27,687 nucleotides of DNA from Nitrospirales bacterium (GTDB lineage Bacteria; Nitrospirota; Nitrospiria; Nitrospirales; Nitrospiraceae): contig JBBRRN010000001.1 in assembly GCA_038200685.1 (NCBI GenBank), positions 1 through 27,687 of the forward strand, given 5' to 3'. A program made the position numbers and the translations under genes. Positions 9,321 through 18,039 of this stretch are shown here, in pieces (position 1 is the stretch's first letter; each line of letters starts with the position of its first letter). The notes beneath the pieces are model-generated. The model worked only from the letters and a program-made list of their open reading frames with translations. It did not search any database and was not told the DNA's origin.

Positions 9321-10352
9321 TTACTCATGCGTCATTACCACATAGTCGCCGGCCATCACGCCACGCCAAAATCCAACAACATTCCTTATAGAATGCGCGA
9401 CGCCAGAAATCGTCCCCCGGGGATGCGCCTCGGGCTCATCCTTTGAATCCCCCCAATCCTCACGACTACGAATGTCGCCAGAAGGGAGCACCGCCTGGAC
9501 CTCTGCTTCGGCATCTCGTAGCGCATGAATATATGGCACGTAGATATAGTTGCGTAACACACGCACCAAGGAGGTCTTATATTCGGAGAGACCGGGATTG
9601 TAGACCCACTTATTCACCTGCTTCAGATAGTGAAAATGAAAAAAAATCAGTGGCTCGTTCTCCACACATACGCCGCTTTCAGTATGCCGGAGATGATAGT
9701 TTGCCACGTTCCAAGGAGCAAGATTTGCACCTTTATGCTGAATCACCACAACGTTCGAAAAGTCAGCTGGCCATCGATCAAGATACTTCTGATCGGCAAA
9801 TCGATCAGCCTCACACCGGACATAGCACCAGTCCAAACACTGCTCCCTCCATTTAGATAGACACGCCATGCCTGGTTCATCGCGCCGAAATGAGACCCAC
9901 CCCACGTTATAAATTCCAAACTGTTCTCTGTCTATGAATGTGGGATGAAATCGATGAGGAATTATGGCAATGGAAGAATGCTCGATCTCGTCAAATACAT
10001 CAGACGGATCGCGAAAGAAATACAGGTCCGCATCCACGTACGTTATTCGATCCACATACGAATGATGGCTCAGTACAAACAACGGCAAGCAAGGTGAGCA
10101 GGTGAAATAGTACTCGAGCCGAGACCTGGTGCTTTTAACTGCACACAACTGACGATCGCTTTCCTCAAGCTCCTCCAGAGGGATGAGATGCATCCCTGAT
10201 ATCCGCAATTCTGAAAGCGCTCTATGACATACCGCATCCAAGCAGAGAACCCAGAGTTCAAAAGACGGGCACCTTCGTTGAAGAGACCGATAGAGAGCAA
10301 GCCCTCTGGCCAGATAATTCCGGTCAAAATAGGTACAGAAATAGCGCGTCAT
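9321..10352 (-). CDS. Putative GT-A fold nucleotide-diphospho-sugar transferase of uncertain family
   Basis: FCTYFDRNYL start, YVDADLYFF DxD motif, YNVG, DQKYLD, N-LAPWN and FFHFH; ATGA overlap with the aminotransferase stop fixes the start at 10352. Confidence 0.75.
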   Translation of the reverse strand: MTRYFCTYFDRNYLARGLALYRSLQRRCPSFELWVLCLDAVCHRALSELRISGMHLIPLEELEESDRQLCAVKSTRSRLEYYFTCSPCLPLFVLSHHSYVDRITYVDADLYFFRDPSDVFDEIEHSSIAIIPHRFHPTFIDREQFGIYNVGWVSFRRDEPGMACLSKWREQCLDWCYVRCEADRFADQKYLDRWPADFSNVVVIQHKGANLAPWNVANYHLRHTESGVCVENEPLIFFHFHYLKQVNKWVYNPGLSEYKTSLVRVLRNYIYVPYIHALRDAEAEVQAVLPSGDIRSREDWGDSKDEPEAHPRGTISGVAHSIRNVVGFWRGVMAGDYVVMTHE

Positions 10353-11488
10353 GCAGATACCCTGACAGTCGTCTCCCATTGTTTGACTACTTGAATAACC
10401 TTGTCCACCTGTTCGTTGGTCAATTCAGGGAACATGGGGAGGCTCAGAACTCGCCCGCAAATTTTCTCGCTATTGGCCAGTGCCTCTTCCTGCGGAGGTC
10501 TTCGTGAGTGATAGGCCGGCTGCCGGTGAAGAGGTACCGGGTAATGAATCAACGCCCCCACGCCCTCATTTTTTAGAAACGCTAGCAGCTCATGCCGTCG
10601 ATCGCACATCACCACATATTGATGATACACATGCTGCACCTTCGCAGTTGGTCGGATCGTCTCCAGAGTCGCCCCTGATAGGGCAATCGCATACAGCTCG
10701 GCTACCTCGTGTCGCCGGCTATTCTCTCGATCGAGATACGGCAGCTTAACTCGAAGAATTGCGGCTTGCAGCTCATCCAACCGAGAGTTCACCCCGGCTC
10801 GTTCACTGACATACCGCTTGCGCCACCCGTATTCACGCAAGAGTCGCGCCTTCTCAGCCAGACTCTGATCATTCGTGATGACAATCCCACCATCGCCTAT
10901 CGCACCCAAGTTTTTCGTGGGATAGAAACTGAAGGCTGCCATATGCCCCCATGTACCTGTTTTCCTCAGGTCAATAGATGCGCCATGAGACTGCGCACAG
11001 TCCTCGATCACCATAAGCCCATACCGATTGGCCAACGTCGTAATCGCCTCCATATCGGCTGGATAGCCATAGAGATGGACGGGGACAATTGCTTTCAGTC
11101 GTTGAGACCCACCATCTTTGATCGCCTGTTCAAGCCGCTCAGGGTCGAGAAGGCCTGTGCAGGGATCGACGTCGACAAATACCGGGATCGCTCCTGCCAT
11201 CTCAATCGCCGCTGCTGTGGCCGACGCGGTCAGTGGAGTCGTCGCCACCCTGTCCCCCGCCCCAACGCCACATGCTCGGAGCGCGATATGAAGTGCGTCG
11301 GTTCCGCTCCCAACACCAATCCCGTAGTTAGCTCCCAAATAAGCGGAAAACTCTTCCTCAAATGCCGCAACTTCTTTCCCGAGTATGTACATTCCACTCT
11401 GCATAACACGAGCCACCGCGTCATCAATCTCTGTCTGGTGCGCACGATAGCTTGCACCCGGGCTGGTCTGCGGAATCATGATTCGCAC
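10349..11488 (-). CDS. DegT/DnrJ/EryC1/StrS family aminotransferase (FdtB/QdtB-like)
   Basis: GSGTDAL, EDCAQSHG, SFYPTKNLG and GVNSRLDELQAA motifs; start GTG 11488 or ATG 11479. Confidence 0.95.
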   Translation of the reverse strand: MRIMIPQTSPGASYRAHQTEIDDAVARVMQSGMYILGKEVAAFEEEFSAYLGANYGIGVGSGTDALHIALRACGVGAGDRVATTPLTASATAAAIEMAGAIPVFVDVDPCTGLLDPERLEQAIKDGGSQRLKAIVPVHLYGYPADMEAITTLANRYGLMVIEDCAQSHGASIDLRKTGTWGHMAAFSFYPTKNLGAIGDGGIVITNDQSLAEKARLLREYGWRKRYVSERAGVNSRLDELQAAILRVKLPYLDRENSRRHEVAELYAIALSGATLETIRPTAKVQHVYHQYVVMCDRRHELLAFLKNEGVGALIHYPVPLHRQPAYHSRRPPQEEALANSEKICGRVLSLPMFPELTNEQVDKVIQVVKQWETTVRVSA

Positions 11489-11506
11489 ACCCCGTCTTCA
11501 AAATGC

Positions 11507-12493
11507 TCACACATAGTGCGCAAGATGTTCCCGGTAATAGGAGATCGTGTTGGCCAGTCCGTCCCGGAGTGACACGGTGGGTTCCCATTGAACAGCGGAT
11601 CGGATGCGGCTGAAATCCGCATAATAGTCACCGATGTCGATCCGCTTACGATCAGGAGGAAAATCCCTGAGCGCATACTGGCCCCCACCATTGACCTCGA
11701 TGAGCATCTCTGCCAGATCCTTCAAGCTGATGACCTCGTGACTTCCGAGGTTGAATACCTGGCCATTGGTCTCTTCGCTGGCCGCACTCATCAGACAGGC
11801 GTCAACGACATCGTCCACATACGTGAAATCTCTCAATTGCTCCCCGCCCCATACTTCAAAAGGCTTGCGTTCAAGCAAATGGCGTATCCACACTCCCAAG
11901 AACGTCTGACGTGCATCCTTGATTCGCATACGGGGACCTATCGTATTGGTCAAACGTAGCGCACAAGTCCGAAGGCCATACACGTTACTGTACAGAATGT
12001 GGTACCACTCTCCCGCCATTTTGTTGATACCATTGACGTCCGTGGGTCGCGACGGATGGGCCTCATCCACAGGCAGGTAATCTGGCTTGCCATATATCTG
12101 CCTCGTACTCGCAAAGACGATCTTGATCCGAGGATTATGATGCCGACAGATCTCAAGGATCGACAGTTGTGCGCGACAATTAATTTCCAAATCTGTATCT
12201 GGATCCTCCATCGAATCCATGTGACTCGTTTGCCCTGCCAAATTGAACAGATAGTCTTGCCCTTCAACGAGATATTGCATGCTATATCGATCCCGCACAT
12301 CGGAGATATTGATACGCAGACGATCGCTGAATCCATCAATGTTATGAAGATTTCCACCATACTCAGGCACGAGACTGTCGACGACCGTCACCTGGCCACC
12401 CAAATCGACTAAACGCTTCGCCAAATTTGATCCAATAAAGCCAAGCCCTCCGGTAATCATGATGTTTCGCCCTCGAAAGATATTCTCTATCAT
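11507..12493 (-). CDS. NAD-dependent epimerase/dehydratase (extended SDR) with atypical NxxxK active site
   Basis: TGGLGFIG, FNLAG, FASTRQIYG and RDFTYVDD; the YxxxK position reads NGINK. Confidence 0.9.
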   Translation of the reverse strand: MIENIFRGRNIMITGGLGFIGSNLAKRLVDLGGQVTVVDSLVPEYGGNLHNIDGFSDRLRINISDVRDRYSMQYLVEGQDYLFNLAGQTSHMDSMEDPDTDLEINCRAQLSILEICRHHNPRIKIVFASTRQIYGKPDYLPVDEAHPSRPTDVNGINKMAGEWYHILYSNVYGLRTCALRLTNTIGPRMRIKDARQTFLGVWIRHLLERKPFEVWGGEQLRDFTYVDDVVDACLMSAASEETNGQVFNLGSHEVISLKDLAEMLIEVNGGGQYALRDFPPDRKRIDIGDYYADFSRIRSAVQWEPTVSLRDGLANTISYYREHLAHYV

Positions 12494-12559
12494 CGTTAAA
12501 ACCGGTTATTCCTTTTCACAGTATTGCCACAATTCCGCTATGACGACCGCTCGTAAAGG

Positions 12560-13411
12560 TCACTTGGGCCTCAACGCTTCCATAAAGAGCGAGTCCGGTT
12601 TTCTCACCGTCCGATCTGGAAGGACATCGAGGAGCACATCTGTCCATCCGAGAATCCTACTGGTCAGCGCTGTCTCTTGGCGTGGATCCTTCAACCCGAC
12701 GGACTTCATCAACTGCGCGAGAGAATATCGATCGTACATCCACTGATGGACTTCTCCTCCCATTCGAAAACGTCCAAGTCGGTAGGCCTCTATAAAACGA
12801 CGTCCGCTGGCCCAGAAGACTAACTTTTGGGTGAGCTTCACCCCCATACGCCACCACATTTTCCGTAGAAACCTCGGGATGCCAAGACTGAGGTTCCCCG
12901 ATGAATGCCCCACTTGGCCAACTGAGGTGCGAAGTGAAGAAACCATTTCACGGCCCACTTCGCCGATTCGCTCATACACAAATGCCTCATTGGGTAGCGG
13001 ATTCTGCTGTAGGTATGCGTGCATGCTCCCACCACTCTGAGGTCGGACCATTTGATCAAAGAGTTCCAGCATGATCCACTCATAGTCATACGCGGCATGA
13101 ACCTTCTTGCCCAACACCTGATCAAGTGTCAGGAGATACTGGCGGCATACCTGCTCAAGATCCGGTACCGCAACCCTGAGAATCCCGCCAGGCTTCAGTA
13201 CACGAAAACATTCGCGCATAAAGAATTGTGCATCGGGTCGCTTCAGGTGCTCCAGGACATGCGAATGATAAACTACCTCACAGCTCTCATTCGGCAATGG
13301 AATACCCGTGGAAAGGTCATGAGCTACGACGCTCGGTCCGGTGCGGGTGATGTCTATGTTTATCCAGCCAGGACAAATCTGATTCCCACACCCTAAATTC
13401 GCACGCATCAT
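12560..13411 (-). CDS. Class I SAM-dependent methyltransferase (type 11-like)
   Basis: NLGCG at the extreme N-terminus, HSHVLEHL and RVLKPGG; ATGA overlap with the upstream MT. Confidence 0.9.
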   Translation of the reverse strand: MMRANLGCGNQICPGWINIDITRTGPSVVAHDLSTGIPLPNESCEVVYHSHVLEHLKRPDAQFFMRECFRVLKPGGILRVAVPDLEQVCRQYLLTLDQVLGKKVHAAYDYEWIMLELFDQMVRPQSGGSMHAYLQQNPLPNEAFVYERIGEVGREMVSSLRTSVGQVGHSSGNLSLGIPRFLRKMWWRMGVKLTQKLVFWASGRRFIEAYRLGRFRMGGEVHQWMYDRYSLAQLMKSVGLKDPRQETALTSRILGWTDVLLDVLPDRTVRKPDSLFMEALRPK

Positions 13412-14208
13412 CGATCTGCAACTTCACATACAAATGTTTTTGTCACAGTCGGCTCACCAAGGACAGGCTCCAAATCATACGGCAAACTGTCGATGGCGGC
13501 ACGAACCCTCAAACCATTCGCAGTAAAGACGGCGATAAGCTCCGCACTATTGAAGATAATCTCTAGCGTTGGCTGTCCATAGGCATCCTTTCGCAATACA
13601 GTCGTTTCCCTAGTCTGTAGCAGCGGAACCGTATGAAAAATACACCAGCGCTTCGAAACGCGACGACTTTCTTCCACTGCTTTTTGATACGACATCAGAT
13701 GCATCAAGAGAGTTCCTGAAACAAGAATATCAATCGACCCATTTCGAAACGGCAACTCAGTGGCATCTCCTGCTAACGTGACAACGCCCGGATACATTGC
13801 GTGTGCCGTCTTGAGCATCTCAACCGCATAGTCGAGCCCCACATACCGTACGGTGGTATTCGAAAACCTCTCTAACACCTCTCTATTCCAGGCACTTCCA
13901 CAGCCCACCTCGACAATGAGAGGGTCATCCATCTGAGTCAGACGTACCGCTTCGGCGAGAGCGGCGAAATCTTCACGCAGTTTGCCTTCCCGCATCTCTT
14001 GAAAAATGGGAGCAAAGGCGTCGAGTTGTCGTTTTGCTGTGCCAGGAGCCTGCCATCCATGGTTCGATTCTCCGGGAACTTGCCCCTTCAGAACCTCATA
14101 CTCCTCCACCGGTATCTTGGGCTGTCTGTGATAAACCGGCTTCGTGAACCATCGTTTCAGAGGCTGTTGCGCGCATACAGGCAAGATGGCCTTCAGCAGT
14201 GCGCGCAT
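13408..14208 (-). CDS. Class I SAM-dependent methyltransferase
   Basis: VEVGCGS, YVGLD, GDATELPF and DIL motifs; start moved to ATG 14208 (GGAG 7 nt upstream). Confidence 0.88.
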   Translation of the reverse strand: MRALLKAILPVCAQQPLKRWFTKPVYHRQPKIPVEEYEVLKGQVPGESNHGWQAPGTAKRQLDAFAPIFQEMREGKLREDFAALAEAVRLTQMDDPLIVEVGCGSAWNREVLERFSNTTVRYVGLDYAVEMLKTAHAMYPGVVTLAGDATELPFRNGSIDILVSGTLLMHLMSYQKAVEESRRVSKRWCIFHTVPLLQTRETTVLRKDAYGQPTLEIIFNSAELIAVFTANGLRVRAAIDSLPYDLEPVLGEPTVTKTFVCEVADR

Positions 14209-14229
14209 CGGGAGACTCCAGGGTATGAT

Positions 14230-14280
14230 GCTCTTTGCACCTCGCACGTGTGGGGCGTCCCCACAAGAACAAAGAGCGGC
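14230..14280 (-). other. Stem-loop in the leader of the 14208 methyltransferase gene
   Basis: Outer GCTCTTTG/CAAAGAGC (8 bp) encloses inner TGTGGGG-ACG-CCCCACA (7 bp); it ends 22 nt upstream of the ATG. Confidence 0.45.
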
Positions 14281-14613
14281 ACGGGCATCATTATGGAATT
14301 CTTCACCAAGGCAACACCCAGCAACCACTCTTCCGGCTCACTCTTTTTGAAACGACCATGGGGCTATCACTAAAAATCGTTGAGTAACTTTGGTCCTCTA
14401 TGCAGTTGAAACCCTTGGAGAATGTGGCTCAAATCTCGCGCTCGAAAATCACAAACCCAACACGACCCCTATTTCCCCTGAAGCGACCGCTACGCTCTCA
14501 AGGTAGAAAAAGCAGGTCGGATTGATCCACTGAGCTTGGGATAGCCACAGCGGCATATGGGTAACGAAAGAATAACGTAAGCCTGCAGGATGGCGGGAGT
14601 TTTGGCAAGTTTT

Positions 14614-15810
14614 TCAAATATATTTACAAACAAGGCCCATGAACTCTTGCAGGCGATGCTGATAGGTGTGATTACGGAGAGTCCGTGCTTGGCCCGCAGA
14701 TGCAATGGTCTGCCGCTCTGCTTCATGAGTTAAATAGTGCTGAATTTTCTCAGCACATTCTTCTGGTGTCCGATAGGTGACAACCTCTTTGCCCGGCTCG
14801 AACATCTCGTGAAGATTCGCCTTCCAATCGGTGACTAGCAATGTACCGGTCCCTGTCGATTCGAACAACCGCATATTATTCGCGTAAGGAAGGACATCCC
14901 CATGGTGATTGAGAGTCATCTTGGAAGCATTCAGAATTTCGTACATGCGGTACCCCCACGCAGGCCCCATGTACTGACGCCTAATTGGTGACGCTGCAGG
15001 GAGATGATCGACTGTGGGAGCCCATACTTTTATGGTTTCTGGCCGATCTAACTTTGCATATAGTTCGTTCAAGAGTGCAACTCGGCTACTATGGACATCA
15101 GAGAAGCTTCCTACTAGCGCTACGCCAAACTTGTGTTGAGTAGGGCGAAGTCTCGCCAGAATACGAGGATCAAACCCCAGACGGTTCAGCTCAGCTGGAA
15201 ACCCTTGTCGTCGAAAAAATTCAACAATCGGAGGAAAAGAGGAAATCATGAGATCGTAACACTGGTAACTAGAATCCATCGTGAGCTGTGTAGCAGCATG
15301 TTGACCAATGAGAAATCGATAGTGCGGCTTCATCTCTGCGAGAAATGTGGCGCTGACTCCCGCCATATCTTGATTCAAGATGACATCAGGCCTGCACTGT
15401 TTGATCTGCGCAGAAAGAATCGCGTAAAACCAACTGTCATCCTGCTCCAGACGTTGGCGCAGCAGCGGTCTGGCACAGGATTTTAGCCAGCGAACCGGAG
15501 CACTCGCGGCAAATGCGGGAACGCGCCGCAGCAAACTAGCGCCTTTCCGAACGGCGGTAGCGGGTTCATGAACCATGATGCGATGTTCTCTGGCCCATGC
15601 TCTCTGAATCCATTCATTATTGGCATGAAGTTCCCTGGCCTCGTGTCCCAGCTGGATCAAGTTTGTCGAATAGAAGTCGGCCACCCCGAAGAGGCTCTCT
15701 GCTCGAACATCGAACTGTTCTTTGTACGACCGATCTTTCAATCCTGGATGCTGCGCATAGAACCAATGCAGGAAGTCGGGGTAGTCGGTGTTGATAATCA
15801 GAAATTTCAT
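14614..15810 (-). CDS. CgeB-like glycosyltransferase (Glyco_trans_1_2 domain, GT-B)
   Basis: ALVGSF..H..R, YEILNASKMTLNHH, NMRLFE, MFEPGKEVVTY and GQARTLRNHTY are typical of this C-terminal domain. Confidence 0.88.
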   Translation of the reverse strand: MKFLIINTDYPDFLHWFYAQHPGLKDRSYKEQFDVRAESLFGVADFYSTNLIQLGHEARELHANNEWIQRAWAREHRIMVHEPATAVRKGASLLRRVPAFAASAPVRWLKSCARPLLRQRLEQDDSWFYAILSAQIKQCRPDVILNQDMAGVSATFLAEMKPHYRFLIGQHAATQLTMDSSYQCYDLMISSFPPIVEFFRRQGFPAELNRLGFDPRILARLRPTQHKFGVALVGSFSDVHSSRVALLNELYAKLDRPETIKVWAPTVDHLPAASPIRRQYMGPAWGYRMYEILNASKMTLNHHGDVLPYANNMRLFESTGTGTLLVTDWKANLHEMFEPGKEVVTYRTPEECAEKIQHYLTHEAERQTIASAGQARTLRNHTYQHRLQEFMGLVCKYI

Positions 15811-15818
15811 GGGAGACG

Positions 15819-17018
15819 CTACTGCATCAAGCTGACAAACTTTTCAACGGTCAGATCGCTGCTGAATCTATCGGCGGCATACGATACCGCCTCGGACCGC
15901 AGGTTTGCGCAGTGATCCCTATCTAGGAGGCGGCAGGCCGATTGGATCAGTGTTTCGATGTCGAGGAAAGGGACGAGAACGCCGGTCCTGCCGTTGCTCA
16001 CCACGTCAGCGTTACCACCGACATCAAAGGCAACCATCGGCACACCACAGATGCTCGCTTCAAGAAGTGCCATGCCAAAGCTTTCGATGAGTGTAGGCGA
16101 TACCCCGAATGAACAGGCCCTTACGATCGCCAGATTCTCCGTATAGCTGACCTGCCCTGGGGCATAGATTTTGGCATTAGAAGGGACAAACCGAAGTTCA
16201 TGCGCCAGCAAGGGGGGAATGTTCCCTGACAGGTAGAATCCGATGTCCTTCGTGGCGTAAGAAGCAATTCTTCTCACAACCTCAAATACAAAGCGGGCTC
16301 CCTTGTACACACTTCCCGCAGAAGGAATGTAAATCACGATAGAGTCGTCTGGAAGAGCGAGATTGCCTCGAATATCATGAGACGGAATCGACGCAATCAA
16401 TTCGACATCGACCATATTAGGAATGACCGTGACCGGCCCGGAATAGACATACGTCTTGTTGAACATCTCCTGCATATACTGCGACGGGCACACCACAGCA
16501 TCGACTTTCCGCAAGACCTTATTCTCGCAAGCCACTGCCAGCCTGGCGTCGCGTTCGGAGTGAAGGCCCCACAGGGGATTGTTCAAAAACCGAGCCGGAT
16601 TGTGATGGGAGACCAGAATGGTCCGACATCCCTTTGGTTTGGCGATAAACAAACCGGGGCATCCGTGGTCCGGAAGGATCAGGACATCCGGCTGAAAATC
16701 TCTGATGGCTGAATTGAGCCTCATACAGGGCCATGCAGATACTGCGACATCGGCAAAGTGATAGACAATTTTCGACGGATCGACGATTCGAAAATACCAC
16801 CCGATCAGACGCCTTAGCCCATTCACGAGGCCGGGAGGCATCCCCACACGCGTGATACCTTTTTCAGTCAATGCTACCTGATAATCCTCAAACGTATAGA
16901 GCCGTACTTGAAATCCTTTTTGTGCCAGCGCACGATATAAGTGGTAATGCGAGCTGGCCACTCCTCCAGCGCTGACAGGAGGGCATGAGCTCGATACGAT
17001 CGCGATTTTTTTAGACAT
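15819..17018 (-). CDS. Glycosyltransferase family 4
   Basis: AGGVA, CPSQY, IPNMVD and ESFGMALLEA (EX7E) motifs; start moved to ATG 17018 (8-nt overlap with the GT2 stop). Confidence 0.9.
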   Translation of the reverse strand: MSKKIAIVSSSCPPVSAGGVASSHYHLYRALAQKGFQVRLYTFEDYQVALTEKGITRVGMPPGLVNGLRRLIGWYFRIVDPSKIVYHFADVAVSAWPCMRLNSAIRDFQPDVLILPDHGCPGLFIAKPKGCRTILVSHHNPARFLNNPLWGLHSERDARLAVACENKVLRKVDAVVCPSQYMQEMFNKTYVYSGPVTVIPNMVDVELIASIPSHDIRGNLALPDDSIVIYIPSAGSVYKGARFVFEVVRRIASYATKDIGFYLSGNIPPLLAHELRFVPSNAKIYAPGQVSYTENLAIVRACSFGVSPTLIESFGMALLEASICGVPMVAFDVGGNADVVSNGRTGVLVPFLDIETLIQSACRLLDRDHCANLRSEAVSYAADRFSSDLTVEKFVSLMQ

Positions 17019-18039
17019 GTACCCTACGTCTGATCCCACACTTGACCGCAAACTTGAGCATTTGCATCCAGGTCAAGCCAGCCCCTCCGCTGAGCGGCGT
17101 GCGCTGGAACGTTTTCAATGTCCATAGGCCCAAAGGGGTCGCCGTGGCGCACAAAGCAAACCATCGCTGGCCCAACACCCTCAGTAAGACCGGCTCCGGG
17201 TAGATGTCAGCTACGTCGTTCGCCGCTTTAAGCTTGTGCAACCACACGAGGCTGGCATCGATGAAGTCTGAGGTTGCCTGAAACTGCCATGCACTCAATG
17301 CTTGATGGAGCGATAGCTCTTCCTCGGTGGGTCGGATTCCAAGATATTGCAGCTGAGCAAGGCGGACAAGCCGAGCAGAAGCGAGTTTCTCAGCTTCATG
17401 CTTTTGCACCACTTGCTGTGAATGAAGCCGATAGCGAAGTAAAACCTCCGGGATATTGGCCAGGGCCATGTGACGAGCAGCTCGAACCCAAAGGTCATAG
17501 TCTTCGGCATGAACAGAGCCTACGCCATAGGAAAGGCCTGTTTTCACAAGCAGTTCCCTGCGCATCATGATCGAGGGATGCGCCAGAACCGACTCAAACA
17601 GCAGCCAACTGCGAATTGTGGCATCATCAGCTGGATACCGCCGCACTACGGCCCCACCACTCCCAAACGTCTCAATCCATGACCCGCAAATCCCTACCTC
17701 TGGATGCGCGTCCATGAACGCCACCTGCGTGGCAGTTCGCTCTGTGACACTGATGTCATCCGCATCCATCCGAGCAACATACTCACCACGAGCCAGCTCC
17801 AATCCACGATTGAGTGCCGCCACTAGTCCGCGATTGGGTTGCTCATATGCACGGATACGACCATCCAGTCGGCGATAGCGTTCAATGATCTGGGACGTCT
17901 CATCAATGGAGCCGTCATTAATGACAATGAACTCAAAATCTGTGAACGTTTGATTCAGAACGCTTTGAATCGCCTCGTCCAGGTACATTTCCCCATCGTA
18001 GACCGCCATGAGGAAACTGACGCGAGGTGCAGGCTTCAT
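17011..18039 (-). CDS. Glycosyltransferase family 2
   Basis: VSFLMAVYDG, INDGSID, ARMDADD, HPSIMMR and EDYDLW; the ATG directly follows the upstream TGA. Confidence 0.93.
   Translation of the reverse strand: MKPAPRVSFLMAVYDGEMYLDEAIQSVLNQTFTDFEFIVINDGSIDETSQIIERYRRLDGRIRAYEQPNRGLVAALNRGLELARGEYVARMDADDISVTERTATQVAFMDAHPEVGICGSWIETFGSGGAVVRRYPADDATIRSWLLFESVLAHPSIMMRRELLVKTGLSYGVGSVHAEDYDLWVRAARHMALANIPEVLLRYRLHSQQVVQKHEAEKLASARLVRLAQLQYLGIRPTEEELSLHQALSAWQFQATSDFIDASLVWLHKLKAANDVADIYPEPVLLRVLGQRWFALCATATPLGLWTLKTFQRTPLSGGAGLTWMQMLKFAVKCGIRRRVHV

Noticed and set aside
9639-9646. A8 tract and several 7-nt homopolymers as phase-variation sites
   Set aside because: Too short, all in frame, and A/T rather than long G/C tracts.
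10709-11572. 287-aa plus-strand ORF
   Set aside because: Antisense shadow of the second aminotransferase; long antisense frames are expected from codon bias.
992-12530. Shared 12-mer TGTGGCAATACT (992-1003 plus strand, about 12519-12530 minus strand) as a sigma54 promoter
   Set aside because: No GC at the -12 position in either copy; a 12-mer match is expected by chance.
15553-15560. GGCGGTAG ops-like octamer (a second copy reads on the minus strand near 26872-26879)
   Set aside because: The first is antisense within a CDS and the second is explained by the Wzt codons LAVG; neither lies in a leader.
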